Positions 9,970 to 18,803 of a stretch of DNA of 64,000 nucleotides are shown one piece after another. The first letter of the stretch is position 1, and each line of letters begins with the position of its first letter. The DNA is taken from contig WTZQ01000003.1 of assembly GCA_009889635.1 (NCBI GenBank), positions 5,251-69,250 on the forward strand. The letters run 5' to 3'. The position numbers and the translations under genes are program-made. The notes under the pieces are model-generated. The model worked only from the letters and a program-made list of their open reading frames with translations, was not told the origin of the DNA and did not search any database. The stretch is from Candidatus Hikarchaeum yamanae. Lineage in GTDB: Archaea; Halobacteriota; Halobacteria; Halobacteriales; Hikarchaeaceae.

Positions 9970-10359
9970 ATGACATCTCCAAGTAGTAAATATGGTTCTA
10001 TACACCGCTACGAACCTCCGCGAGAAAGCACGGCAGCAACAATAGCCATAGTTTTACTCACTGTGATTGAAGTCCTATTCGCGACCCTATTCACCTATGG
10101 TTTAATCTTCGGAGGCTGGGGATTCTCTGGAGTGGGAAATATGTATTTAGGAGGTCTACTAGCCCTACTATTTATTAATTTATCCTTCATCCTGGTTCTG
10201 TACCGAAGGGATTTTTTACCGGATGTCGTAATTGTAAAACAGCGCAGGAGAAAATGGGAAGACCTCTACACCAAACCAGAAGATGTACATGGCCATTCCA
10301 TAATTACCACTATGACCGATAAGATGAAAACCAATCTATACCTCTATAAGAAAAAATAA
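9970..10359 (+). CDS. small membrane protein (2 TM) within bc-complex operon
   Basis: 129 aa, two hydrophobic helices; 4 nt after the cupredoxin gene and 2 nt before the Rieske gene. Confidence 0.5.
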   Translation: MTSPSSKYGSIHRYEPPRESTAATIAIVLLTVIEVLFATLFTYGLIFGGWGFSGVGNMYLGGLLALLFINLSFILVLYRRDFLPDVVIVKQRRRKWEDLYTKPEDVHGHSIITTMTDKMKTNLYLYKKK

Positions 10360-10361
10360 CC

Positions 10362-11222
10362 ATGACTTCAGATGATAAATACCCCAAAGTTTCTGGAAGA
10401 AGGCGGTTTGTCAAAGGTGTCGTAGGCGGGGCCGCACTAGCAGGTATTGGAACTGCGACTAGCGGAACTGTAAACACCATGACCAATCCTTCTGGAGCTG
10501 GTGGTGGCGTAACCGAATACTTCGGAATCGAAAAATTATTTGGTCCTGCTCCTCGCGGAATGCCTCAAATACCCGTCGTCATCGACGACGATGGATTCCT
10601 TATGGGATTGTGGCCAAAAGTATCTGAAATAATTGAAGGAGGGAGGAAGGTAACTGTGGCCCAACAAGAAATAGCCGGTGTTACTTATTCCTCTGATTGG
10701 TTCCAATACTGTGGTGTCCAAACCTACCCTGGAGTAAAACCACTTGCAGATCAAGACAACTATTTCAGATATGCAAATAATCCCCCTTATAAGTGGCAAA
10801 AAGAAGAAGTTTCCCCCGGGGCAAAAGTACATATTGACGATTTTGAGGACTACGTGACTTGGGGTAATTCAATTGGAAAGGCGGGTGTGGGAAAGCCTGC
10901 ATTTGCTACCTGGAGGTCTCAAGATGTACCCCCTCAAGTACAGATGCCCGTGCAGCTCATTCGTAGTACAATAGTTGACAACCTAATCTCTAATGCACAA
11001 GGTGAAACAAAACAATGGCTTCAGGAAAGTTGCCGCCAAGGATTTATAGCCATATTAGACAAATGCACTCATTTTTGCTGCGTTCCCGGATTCAAATCAT
11101 TCACAGATAGTGAAAAATTTGATGGCGCAGATTTAATTTATTGCCAATGCCACCAATCCGTCTATGATCCTTTCAGCATAATCAAAGATCGATTTGTAGC
11201 TTTACCAAGGACTGAGGAATGA
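10362..11222 (+). CDS. Rieske [2Fe-2S] subunit of a cytochrome bc/b6f-type complex
   Basis: Tat signal SGRRRFVKG; cluster boxes CTHFCC and CQCHQS. Confidence 0.85.
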   Translation: MTSDDKYPKVSGRRRFVKGVVGGAALAGIGTATSGTVNTMTNPSGAGGGVTEYFGIEKLFGPAPRGMPQIPVVIDDDGFLMGLWPKVSEIIEGGRKVTVAQQEIAGVTYSSDWFQYCGVQTYPGVKPLADQDNYFRYANNPPYKWQKEEVSPGAKVHIDDFEDYVTWGNSIGKAGVGKPAFATWRSQDVPPQVQMPVQLIRSTIVDNLISNAQGETKQWLQESCRQGFIAILDKCTHFCCVPGFKSFTDSEKFDGADLIYCQCHQSVYDPFSIIKDRFVALPRTEE

Positions 11223-11223
11223 C

Positions 11224-12018
11224 ATGACCCCTGATTTAAAAGAACACTACGACTATTCCAAATGGCTATCTGAAAAGGAACTGACTCCCCTTGAAAAAAC
11301 CTATTTAACAATTCTCATCTGGGCAGATCAACGTCTCCGAATAGTAGATTACCTGGAGTCTATGGAAAATTTATACTACAAGATAAATATGCAAATGCCC
11401 CGTAGCCACACCGAACAATACAATCTTGATAATAAATTTTGGTATTGGTATCCACTATATGCACTTGGGACCTTCTCTGTAATTGCATATCTAGTCGCTG
11501 CCATCTCTGGGGCTTTGCTAGGATTCTATTATTCCCCCGCAACGGCTGGAGACCCCTCCGTTGCATACAACCAAATAACATATATCATGACCGATCTCAA
11601 TTTTGGATTCATGTTACGTTCCATCCATCGATGGTCTGCACAAGTTATGGTAGCTGCAGTTTTCCTCCATATGCTGCGTGTCTATTTCGTAGGGGCATAC
11701 AAAGAACCAAGAGAATTGAATTGGATAATAGGAATCATCTTGATCTCACTCACCCTGATGTTCGGCTACACTGGTTACCTCCTCCCCTGGGATCAACTTT
11801 CGTTCTGGGCCGGTCAAATTGGGGTTGAAATGGCACTCTCAATTCCTATATTGGGTGAATGGGTTGCACAACTAATGTTTGGCGGATTCTCCCTAGGACA
11901 AGCCACTTTACAACGTATGTATATCCTCCACGTATTCATACTTCCATTTGCGGTAACTACTGTGATTGCAATTCACATTGGAATTGTTTGGATGCAAGGA
12001 ATTGCAGAACCACATTGA
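11224..12018 (+). CDS. cytochrome b (b6-type, N-terminal four-helix part)
   Basis: RSIHRWSAQVMVAAVFLHMLRVYF and LHVFILPFAVTTVIAIH bis-His pairs; PRELNWIIG. Confidence 0.9.
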   Translation: MTPDLKEHYDYSKWLSEKELTPLEKTYLTILIWADQRLRIVDYLESMENLYYKINMQMPRSHTEQYNLDNKFWYWYPLYALGTFSVIAYLVAAISGALLGFYYSPATAGDPSVAYNQITYIMTDLNFGFMLRSIHRWSAQVMVAAVFLHMLRVYFVGAYKEPRELNWIIGIILISLTLMFGYTGYLLPWDQLSFWAGQIGVEMALSIPILGEWVAQLMFGGFSLGQATLQRMYILHVFILPFAVTTVIAIHIGIVWMQGIAEPH

Positions 12019-12025
12019 TGATATT

Positions 12026-12847
12026 ATGAAAAACAAAATATACAAAAAACAAAAAAACAACGTGGAATTCCCTATCCTCACCGATGGCTCTGGATTAATG
12101 CAAACCCCAGTCCCCCCTGATGATCAAACCCCTAGTTGGTCTGAGCGTAAATCTAGATCCACTGGGCTAGCCCAACTCACATATGAATATTTCGAACGGG
12201 CTAGACTTGAGGATCAAGACATTCGTTCCCGAGCTGACTATTTAGAACGGGAAGTATTGGGATTCCCAATGTGGCCACACGAAGTCGTCCGCGGATTTGC
12301 AATTACTAGCTTTTTCATAGGCATTATATTACTTCTTTCGGCCGTTGCACCTCCTCACATTGCCGCTCCTGCAAACCCAAGCCAAACCCCTGCGGTCATC
12401 CTCCCTGATTGGTACCTATATTGGTCATTTGGTCTTCTTAAGCTCGAACCGCTCAACCCTGCACTTTCCATATTAGGAGGTGACAAAATAATGCTAGATC
12501 GAACATTCGGAGTTCTTGCAAATCTAGTCGTCGTGGGGTTCTTGGCAGCCCTGCCATTTGTAAATAAAGGCAAAGCTAGACGGCCTGTAGAAGAACCATT
12601 TTGGGCAGCTTTCGGTGTCGCAGGTGTAGTTTTTGCATTCACCGTAAGTGTTCTTTCTGTCAAAAATCTGGTCCCTCTAAATTCCCATCTCCTCTTTGAT
12701 TTAACTTTCATTCTACCTGTTCTATTTGGGATTGTATTCTATTCCTTATTAAAAACCATGCGGGAAGGATATATGTATGAATTAAACAGACGTTACTATC
12801 GTCTTAGACCTCCTAAACCATATAGCCCCCCGAAACCTCCTAAATAA
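12026..12847 (+). CDS. cytochrome b C-terminal part / subunit IV-like protein
   Basis: PDWYLYWSFGLLK (PEWY-type Qo motif). The ATG at 12026 avoids the overlap created by the track start at 11966. Confidence 0.75.
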   Translation: MKNKIYKKQKNNVEFPILTDGSGLMQTPVPPDDQTPSWSERKSRSTGLAQLTYEYFERARLEDQDIRSRADYLEREVLGFPMWPHEVVRGFAITSFFIGIILLLSAVAPPHIAAPANPSQTPAVILPDWYLYWSFGLLKLEPLNPALSILGGDKIMLDRTFGVLANLVVVGFLAALPFVNKGKARRPVEEPFWAAFGVAGVVFAFTVSVLSVKNLVPLNSHLLFDLTFILPVLFGIVFYSLLKTMREGYMYELNRRYYRLRPPKPYSPPKPPK

Positions 12848-12856
12848 CTCATTACT

Positions 12857-13126
12857 ATGGGAAAAACAGACAGAGAAGTAATTGTTCCTAACCAACTTTA
12901 TAAAAGTATAGTTGTACTTTCAACTGCTTTTTCCATACTCTCCATCGTCATTGGTTTCATCCTACTTGACACGGCAACTCAAAGAGCAACCTCTCCATTT
13001 TCTCAGATAGACCCTTTATTAGCGTTAGTCGGCCTTTCTTCAATTGGAATCGGAACTGTAGTGTATGCATTCACTAGCCGTTTCAAAACACAGGGAATGA
13101 CAATAACTAAGGGCAAGGAGGATTAA
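12857..13126 (+). CDS. small membrane protein, possible accessory subunit of bc complex
   Basis: 89 aa, 2 TM; 9 nt after the subunit IV gene. Confidence 0.45.
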   Translation: MGKTDREVIVPNQLYKSIVVLSTAFSILSIVIGFILLDTATQRATSPFSQIDPLLALVGLSSIGIGTVVYAFTSRFKTQGMTITKGKED

Positions 13127-13135
13127 CTACAGACC

Positions 13136-13396
13136 ATGGCCGACGAATTCATGAAAGGTTTTGGTATATTTTCAATCGCAGGACTAGCTTGGATGATACT
13201 CTCTGGGTGGTTCACAACTCCTGGGTTTGAAACCACGCAGCTAATAGCACCCGTTCCTGAAAACTTGGATTTTTACGGGCAGTTTTCAATTGTACTCCGG
13301 GAAATTATGTTTTGGTTCGCCGTCGTTGGGGCCCTTACCTTTTGGGTTCTCATCCCTGCTATCAACGAAATCAAAGCGAAATCAAACGAAAAATAA
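13136..13396 (+). CDS. small membrane protein, possible accessory subunit of bc complex
   Basis: 86 aa, 2 TM; 9 nt after the previous gene. Confidence 0.45.
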   Translation: MADEFMKGFGIFSIAGLAWMILSGWFTTPGFETTQLIAPVPENLDFYGQFSIVLREIMFWFAVVGALTFWVLIPAINEIKAKSNEK

Positions 13397-13408
13397 AACC
13401 AATTTAAT

Positions 13409-13849
13409 TTATATCGGTATTAATGTGAGAAATTGATCTAGTGGTCCTGCAGGAAGTATGATTATGTATAGTATGTATACTAATACTAGCGCCGATCCGA
13501 CCATCGAACCCTTTGGCAATTCTATTTCCATTCCCCCTCTAGATTCTACAAGCCTAGCTTCAAACTCAAATATGTCTGCTAAAATCATTGCCAAAACCAT
13601 TAAAGATAAAACCATTCCTCCGTGATGATGAAGAGTCATATAGTATAGTGAAAATACTATCAATACCCCGTTGGAAATCTCATGGAATACAAAGTGTTTC
13701 AGGGACCCCTTCTCTTCTTCATTTTGTCGAATATGGGATCTATGGGCCAAATGCCGAGTGACTAGATTTATCACCACCCCAATCAGTAATATTGGCTCTA
13801 TGATTGGAGAAAAAATAGCATCAATTGGGCCTAATATAGCTGGGTCCAT
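13409..13849 (-). CDS. integral membrane protein, unknown function
   Basis: 146 aa, about 4 TM, His-rich loop MTLHHHGGM. Confidence 0.45.
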   Translation of the reverse strand: MDPAILGPIDAIFSPIIEPILLIGVVINLVTRHLAHRSHIRQNEEEKGSLKHFVFHEISNGVLIVFSLYYMTLHHHGGMVLSLMVLAMILADIFEFEARLVESRGGMEIELPKGSMVGSALVLVYILYIIILPAGPLDQFLTLIPI

Positions 13850-13888
13850 ACTTATTGTTCTTAACGCAACCGTTTAGCGGTTATCATT

Positions 13889-14146
13889 TTAAATAATCCC
13901 CTTTTCCTTCATTCCATCTATTAGATCTTCTATCAGATCTTCCACAGTTTCATAAGGGAAATCTTGTTTATCCGACAACCGCATACTCAATTCGATCACC
14001 GTCATCGAAAAGTCCCCCGACTCAAATCTAGTAGACATACCATTTGGTAACGTTGGAACTAGATCCATCTGATTGGATATTGGATATGTAGCGGGAGAGA
14101 ATGCTTCAAAAAACTGTTCACGTAATTCTTCTTCTATATTCTCCAT
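13889..14146 (-). CDS. small acidic protein, MTH865-like (tentative)
   Basis: 85 aa. The pattern YPISNQMDLVPTLPNG...F resembles the MTH865 family from memory only. Confidence 0.35.
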   Translation of the reverse strand: MENIEEELREQFFEAFSPATYPISNQMDLVPTLPNGMSTRFESGDFSMTVIELSMRLSDKQDFPYETVEDLIEDLIDGMKEKGII

Positions 14147-14240
14147 GACACTTTAGTAAACCCTATCCCTTAAAACATTTTTGACACCTTTCCAATCGTA
14201 TCGGTGCCTTTATGCAATTCCCATTCCGAGACTTTACTAT

Positions 14241-14432
14241 ATGGGATTCTCGCATTTTTTCAAATTTGCCATGGGATTTCTCGCACTTATTTTTTGCTCG
14301 GGGATAGCAGCAGCCGCGGGATCTTCTTTCTCTGACCCGGCGAAAAGCATATTAATAGCTTCTATTTTTGGAATGGTTGCAATTCTTTTTTTGTGTTATA
14401 TCCTACTCAAATACGGTGGAGAAGCACAATAG
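14241..14432 (+). CDS. small membrane protein (2 TM)
   Basis: ATG at 14241 (MGFSHFF...) is preferred over the track's TTG at 14181; two hydrophobic helices. Confidence 0.35.
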   Translation: MGFSHFFKFAMGFLALIFCSGIAAAAGSSFSDPAKSILIASIFGMVAILFLCYILLKYGGEAQ

Positions 14433-14468
14433 TTAATTTAATCCAGTTGCCAAACCTTTCGTTTTTTA

Positions 14469-15947
14469 GTGTCGCTCTTCATAACCAATTCCCTCACTGG
14501 AAAAAAAGAGAAATTTAAACCAATAACTCCAAATTCTGTTTCAATATATTTTTGTGGTTTAACAGTTTCCGACCTACCTCACTTGGGACATGCACGAGCA
14601 TGGGTCCACGTAGATGTTATGAGACGGTGGCTTGAATATTTGGGATTCTCTGTCACTTATGTTGAAAATTTCACGGATATAAATGAGAAAATTGTAGCTA
14701 GGTTGGGAGAATCCGATTACGGAAGTTCTGAATCTGAAGTTGCTACTTATTTTATCAATAAAGCCCTTGAAGATATGAATTCATTAGGTCTAAAAAGTGC
14801 CCACGTTTATCCAAAAGCATCCGAACATATACCTGAAATCATCGCCATTATCTCTTCCCTCATTGACTCAAATCACGCCTATGAGTCCAATGGTTCGGTA
14901 TATTTCGACGTAAGTTCATTTGACAATTATGGGGCATTATCTAAACCAAATTTAGACGAAGAATTTTTTTCAGATTCTCCCGAAGAAGTAAGTGATAAAA
15001 GACACCCCCACGACTTTGCTTTATGGAAATCGGGCCAAGTCCCTCCCGAATCCATTTCCAAATACCGCGATTCGAATCTGCCTCCTATAACTGCTCCTTC
15101 TGGAGACGTCTGGGATTCTCCATGGGGCCTTGGGAGGCCGGGCTGGCATATAGAGTGCTCTGCGATGTCTATGACTCACCTTTCGAATACTATTGATATT
15201 CATGCGGGGGGACAAGATCTGATGTTTCCTCACCACGAAAACGAAAAAGCACAGAGTGAAGCATCCACTGGGGAAAATTTTGCTAATTTTTGGATACACG
15301 TACGCCTTCTAGAAACCCACGGTGAAAAAATGAGTTCGAGCCTAAAAAATTATTTTTCTGTTGCCAATGCGATCTCCGAATTTGGTCCCAATTCCATTAA
15401 AATGTTTTTAATTTCAACTTCTTACCATAGTCATCAAGCTTATTCTGAGTCTGCCCTCCACGAGGCGGTAGAACGCTGGAGGAGACTGGAACGTGCATAC
15501 CTTCGAACTACAAACGCACTCCTAGAGCCATCACCCCACTCAACCACAACCGACGAAAATCTCCGAAAATCTATAGAATCTTCTGTACGGAATTTCCAAA
15601 CTGCATTGGATGATGATTTTAATACCCGGGAAGCACTCGTAGCAATTTTTGATGTTGTCAATTCCCTTAACCAACACCTTGAAACACACGAAGAATATGA
15701 TCATTTTGGATTGAACCTTGCGATTAAAACTCTGGACGATCTTGCCCGAGATGTACTTGGATTCTCTTTTGTTGTGGCCGATTCAAACGAATCATTCTCT
15801 GATACAATTACTTCCCTAATAGATTCCCGTGAGCAAGAGCGTTCTAAAGGCAATTATGATAAAGCCGACGAAATACGAAAAGAATTGGAGCTTCTTGGAA
15901 TTATTGTAGAAGATACCGCAGAGGAATCTACGTATCGGCATAAATAG
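14469..15947 (+). CDS. cysS: cysteine--tRNA ligase
   Basis: HLGHARAW (HIGH) and KMSSSL (KMSKS) motifs. GTG start about 28 nt downstream of an ATTTAAT box. Confidence 0.92.
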   Translation: MSLFITNSLTGKKEKFKPITPNSVSIYFCGLTVSDLPHLGHARAWVHVDVMRRWLEYLGFSVTYVENFTDINEKIVARLGESDYGSSESEVATYFINKALEDMNSLGLKSAHVYPKASEHIPEIIAIISSLIDSNHAYESNGSVYFDVSSFDNYGALSKPNLDEEFFSDSPEEVSDKRHPHDFALWKSGQVPPESISKYRDSNLPPITAPSGDVWDSPWGLGRPGWHIECSAMSMTHLSNTIDIHAGGQDLMFPHHENEKAQSEASTGENFANFWIHVRLLETHGEKMSSSLKNYFSVANAISEFGPNSIKMFLISTSYHSHQAYSESALHEAVERWRRLERAYLRTTNALLEPSPHSTTTDENLRKSIESSVRNFQTALDDDFNTREALVAIFDVVNSLNQHLETHEEYDHFGLNLAIKTLDDLARDVLGFSFVVADSNESFSDTITSLIDSREQERSKGNYDKADEIRKELELLGIIVEDTAEESTYRHK

Positions 15948-16021
15948 CCATCTCTACCTGCTATATCAATCTTCTCCTTGTAACAAAACTTAATAGGAAT
16001 TTGATCCCCTTTCGGTAGCAG

Positions 16022-16053
16022 TTTTATCCGAAAAGATCCCCAAGTCCTGCTGC
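16022..16053 (-). repeat. 32-nt exact repeat, copy 1 (3' end of the P1 gene)
   Basis: TTTTATCCGAAAAGATCCCCAAGTCCTGCTGC is identical at 16022-16053 and 16381-16412. It encodes AAGLGDLFG plus the stop. Confidence 0.95.
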
Positions 16054-16356
16054 GGATGCTGCCTCTTCTTCTTCTGTCTGTTTTGCTTCTTCCTCTGCAG
16101 ATGCTTTCGCTTCCTCAGCATTACCCGAGTCTGCAGCAGCCTCCTCACTACCTCCAACCGCTACTGCTGTGGGAATGGCAACTTGCCCTGCTTCCAATGC
16201 TTCTTCGATATTGACATCTTCCAGTGCCGCAACTAGTGCTTTAACACGTACGTCTTCGACTTTCACATCAGCTGCTTTTAGCACTGTTGTCAAACTTTCT
16301 TCGTTTATTTCTTTTTCCGATTCATGAAGGATTAATGCTGCGTATATATATTCCAT
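16024..16356 (-). CDS. rpl12: 50S ribosomal stalk protein P1 (L12e)
   Basis: [12 protein letters not shown]... N-terminus, Ala/Glu-rich hinge, C-terminal AAGLGDLFG. Confidence 0.95.
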   Translation of the reverse strand: MEYIYAALILHESEKEINEESLTTVLKAADVKVEDVRVKALVAALEDVNIEEALEAGQVAIPTAVAVGGSEEAAADSGNAEEAKASAEEEAKQTEEEEAASAAGLGDLFG

Positions 16357-16380
16357 TTTAATTCCTATTTATTTTATTTA

Positions 16381-16412
16381 TTTTATCCGAAAAGATCCCC
16401 AAGTCCTGCTGC
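16381..16412 (-). repeat. 32-nt exact repeat, copy 2 (3' end of the P0 gene)
   Basis: Same 32-mer as 16022-16053. Confidence 0.95.
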
Positions 16413-17399
16413 AGACGCTTCTTCTGTTGCATCTTCACTTTCAGCTTCGGTATCTTCTGTATTCTCTTGTTCAACGCTCTGTTCTTTTTTGTCTATCGAT
16501 TCATTTCTAGCTACGTTCTTCAGCGTTTCGGGCCGTGCATCCTCTTCCAAGGATACAGCCAATGTATGTGATTCTGCAGCTGCCTTATTTATCAATTCCA
16601 CAGCCAGATCTGGACTTTCAATAGCTGCCGAAATGCCTACTGATTTGGCATTTCTAAATCCATTAACTAACATGGTGGATATCGTTTGAGAAGTTGGGTA
16701 CCCACTGCCCACCGATAAACTCCTTGCATTATTTGCTGCTTTGATGAACTTTACTCTATATTCATCCGTGTCTATGTCAAGGGAACTTACCTCATAAGTA
16801 ACCCCTCCTGAATAAACCGCTTTTAAGTTCAACCCAACTTCTTTCGGTTCTATTCCAAGAGCACCTAATACATTAGCTAGTTTTGGAGTGATGACATCTC
16901 CCATCTCCGCAACAACACTAGATGCAGTCACTCGAATGGACCCGTCTGCTATTTGGGCAGCAGCCCCTACGGCTTGTAGATCTCCTACAAATGGACCTGG
17001 GGGAAATCCCGTGTCTCCTTCTGGTATGATAATTTGCTTGGTGGCTACATCTCCTGCATTTATTGGAGCTGGGGTTTTCGAACCTTTGAGCATTTGATAC
17101 AATGTAAAAGGATTGTCATTCGTACCAACAATGCCTACCTGCCCTTTTAGCTGATCTGCCATTGAATCCAGCCCTTTCACACCCTCTGCAGCAAGTTTAA
17201 CTAGTGTGTTTCTACTCACCTTGATTGCCACTTTCCCCCTGAGGCTTGCCCGCATTTGTTGAAACTGCCTACTTGGGATGCCTGAGACATCACAAACGCC
17301 AATACTCATGTGACTCAAAAGCCACTCTTTGACTTCTTCAACCTCTTGTGTCTTCCACTCCGGCAAATTATCTGTATGACGTTCCACTTGTGTAGACAT
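16383..17399 (-). CDS. rplP0: 50S ribosomal protein uL10 (acidic stalk protein P0)
   Basis: 338 aa, position between L1 and P1, same AAGLGDLFG tail. Confidence 0.93.
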   Translation of the reverse strand: MSTQVERHTDNLPEWKTQEVEEVKEWLLSHMSIGVCDVSGIPSRQFQQMRASLRGKVAIKVSRNTLVKLAAEGVKGLDSMADQLKGQVGIVGTNDNPFTLYQMLKGSKTPAPINAGDVATKQIIIPEGDTGFPPGPFVGDLQAVGAAAQIADGSIRVTASSVVAEMGDVITPKLANVLGALGIEPKEVGLNLKAVYSGGVTYEVSSLDIDTDEYRVKFIKAANNARSLSVGSGYPTSQTISTMLVNGFRNAKSVGISAAIESPDLAVELINKAAAESHTLAVSLEEDARPETLKNVARNESIDKKEQSVEQENTEDTEAESEDATEEASAAGLGDLFG

Positions 17400-18037
17400 T
17401 ATGCTACCCTCTCTGAAGGTCCCATAGTGGTCTTAACATAGATCGAATCTACATTTAGGGCCCCGTTTTTCAATGCTGCATGAAGTCTCCTAATCACCAC
17501 TTCTATGTTTGTGGCTATATCTGTTGCAGACATATCTTGTGCCCCAACACGTGCGTGGAACGTCCGATTATCCCGACTCCGTAGCTGAACTGTATTTTTC
17601 ATTCTATTCACTACATCAACCACATCTTCTTCTGGTTGAAGTGGTCTTGGCATTTTTCCTCTTGGCCCTAGTACTTTTCCCAAGAGTCTTGCTATGTCTT
17701 GCATCAATCCAACATCTGCGACAAAAAAGTCAGTTGAATTTGCAAGCGCCTTCGCAGCTTCTGCGTCATCCCCTAATTCTTTTATCTGTACAGATCCCAG
17801 TACTTCTTCAACTACCTTCTCACCCAAAACGGCGTTTTCTCCTGTTGCAAATAATACAACCTTTGTTTCTCGACCAGTACCACTAGGGAGAACCACTGTT
17901 TCATCCACACGATTGGTTGGATCCCTAAGATCCAATCCTTTTAAATTAATTGCAAGATCAACTGATTCTCTAAAATTCCGACTCGGGGCGGTTTCTAGTG
18001 CGCGTATAACAGCTTCTTCTATTTCTTTATCTGCCAT
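17399..18037 (-). CDS. rpl1: 50S ribosomal protein uL1
   Basis: 212 aa, conserved order L11-L1-P0-P1; sequence matches the uL1 pattern. Confidence 0.92.
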   Translation of the reverse strand: MADKEIEEAVIRALETAPSRNFRESVDLAINLKGLDLRDPTNRVDETVVLPSGTGRETKVVLFATGENAVLGEKVVEEVLGSVQIKELGDDAEAAKALANSTDFFVADVGLMQDIARLLGKVLGPRGKMPRPLQPEEDVVDVVNRMKNTVQLRSRDNRTFHARVGAQDMSATDIATNIEVVIRRLHAALKNGALNVDSIYVKTTMGPSERVA

Positions 18038-18200
18038 TTTTTCCTCCGTAGTCCGCCATACGGCTACTACAGTATATGTCAGGCATTCGCCTGTTATCTG
18101 AAATTTGGTTTATGTGGGGGCATAAACCCGTCGTAATGAATATCTCCAGCCCGCCCCATGCCCAAAGGCCAATTTAATTTTTTCGGAAAATTTTCTATCC

Positions 18201-18213
18201 CGCGTCAGACGCG
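18201..18213. promoter_or_regulatory. perfect 6-1-6 palindrome CGCGTCAGACGCG in the L11/L1 spacer
   Basis: Read directly from the sequence. The same GCGTC-N-GACGC core occurs at 53130-53142. Confidence 0.4.
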
Positions 18214-18223
18214 CTCTCTCTTA

Positions 18224-18721
18224 TCATTCAGATAAGATATCATCGTACGCACCACTGTCCACTTTCTCTTTAAAATCTCTTGGATTTTTTCCATCGATAG
18301 TAATGCCCAATGCAACACATGTTCCTGCAATTTCTTTTGCAGCATTTTTCACATCATATGATAGAAGCCCTGGTAATTTTTGAATCGCGATCTTTTTTAT
18401 TTGCTCCACGGATATATTTGCGACAAAACTCCTCTTTGCATATCCTGATCCTTTTTCAATACCTAACTCTTTCTTGATCAAAGCGGCTGTTGGCGGACTG
18501 CCAACTTCTAATTCAAAACTCCCGTCATCTTCATAAACTATCTTGACTGGAACTTGCGTTCCATCATAAGCAGCAGTTACTTCATTTATCTTACTAACCA
18601 CTGCTTGAACATCCACTGGTGTAGGGCCTAAAACTGGTCCAATCGGAGGTCCCGGATTTGCCCGGCCACCTTCTACAAGTACATCTACGGTACCACTCAT
18701 ACCCTGACGGAAACCTACCAT
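18224..18721 (-). CDS. rpl11: 50S ribosomal protein uL11
   Basis: GGRANPGPPIGPVLGP motif; 165 aa (start may be the internal MSGTVDV). Confidence 0.92.
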   Translation of the reverse strand: MVGFRQGMSGTVDVLVEGGRANPGPPIGPVLGPTPVDVQAVVSKINEVTAAYDGTQVPVKIVYEDDGSFELEVGSPPTAALIKKELGIEKGSGYAKRSFVANISVEQIKKIAIQKLPGLLSYDVKNAAKEIAGTCVALGITIDGKNPRDFKEKVDSGAYDDILSE

Positions 18722-18775
18722 TGGTTTTAAACTTTCTCTTTTGTCCTATCCCTTTCGCACAAAGACGCAGATTTT

Positions 18776-18783
18776 TTTATCTA
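18776..18783 (+). promoter_or_regulatory. TATA-like box (TTTATCTA) for the DRG GTPase gene; near-leaderless
   Basis: 28 nt upstream of the GTG at 18804; preceded by GACGC at 18764-18768. Confidence 0.45.
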
Positions 18784-18803
18784 TCCGGATACAGTAGTGG
18801 GCA

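Noticed and set aside
18221-18260. Antisense promoter (CTTATCAT after the 18.2 kb palindrome) driving an RNA against the L11 3' end
   Set aside because: It rests on a single weak TATA-like match with no terminator or structure to support it. It is mentioned under the palindrome finding but not called as a feature.
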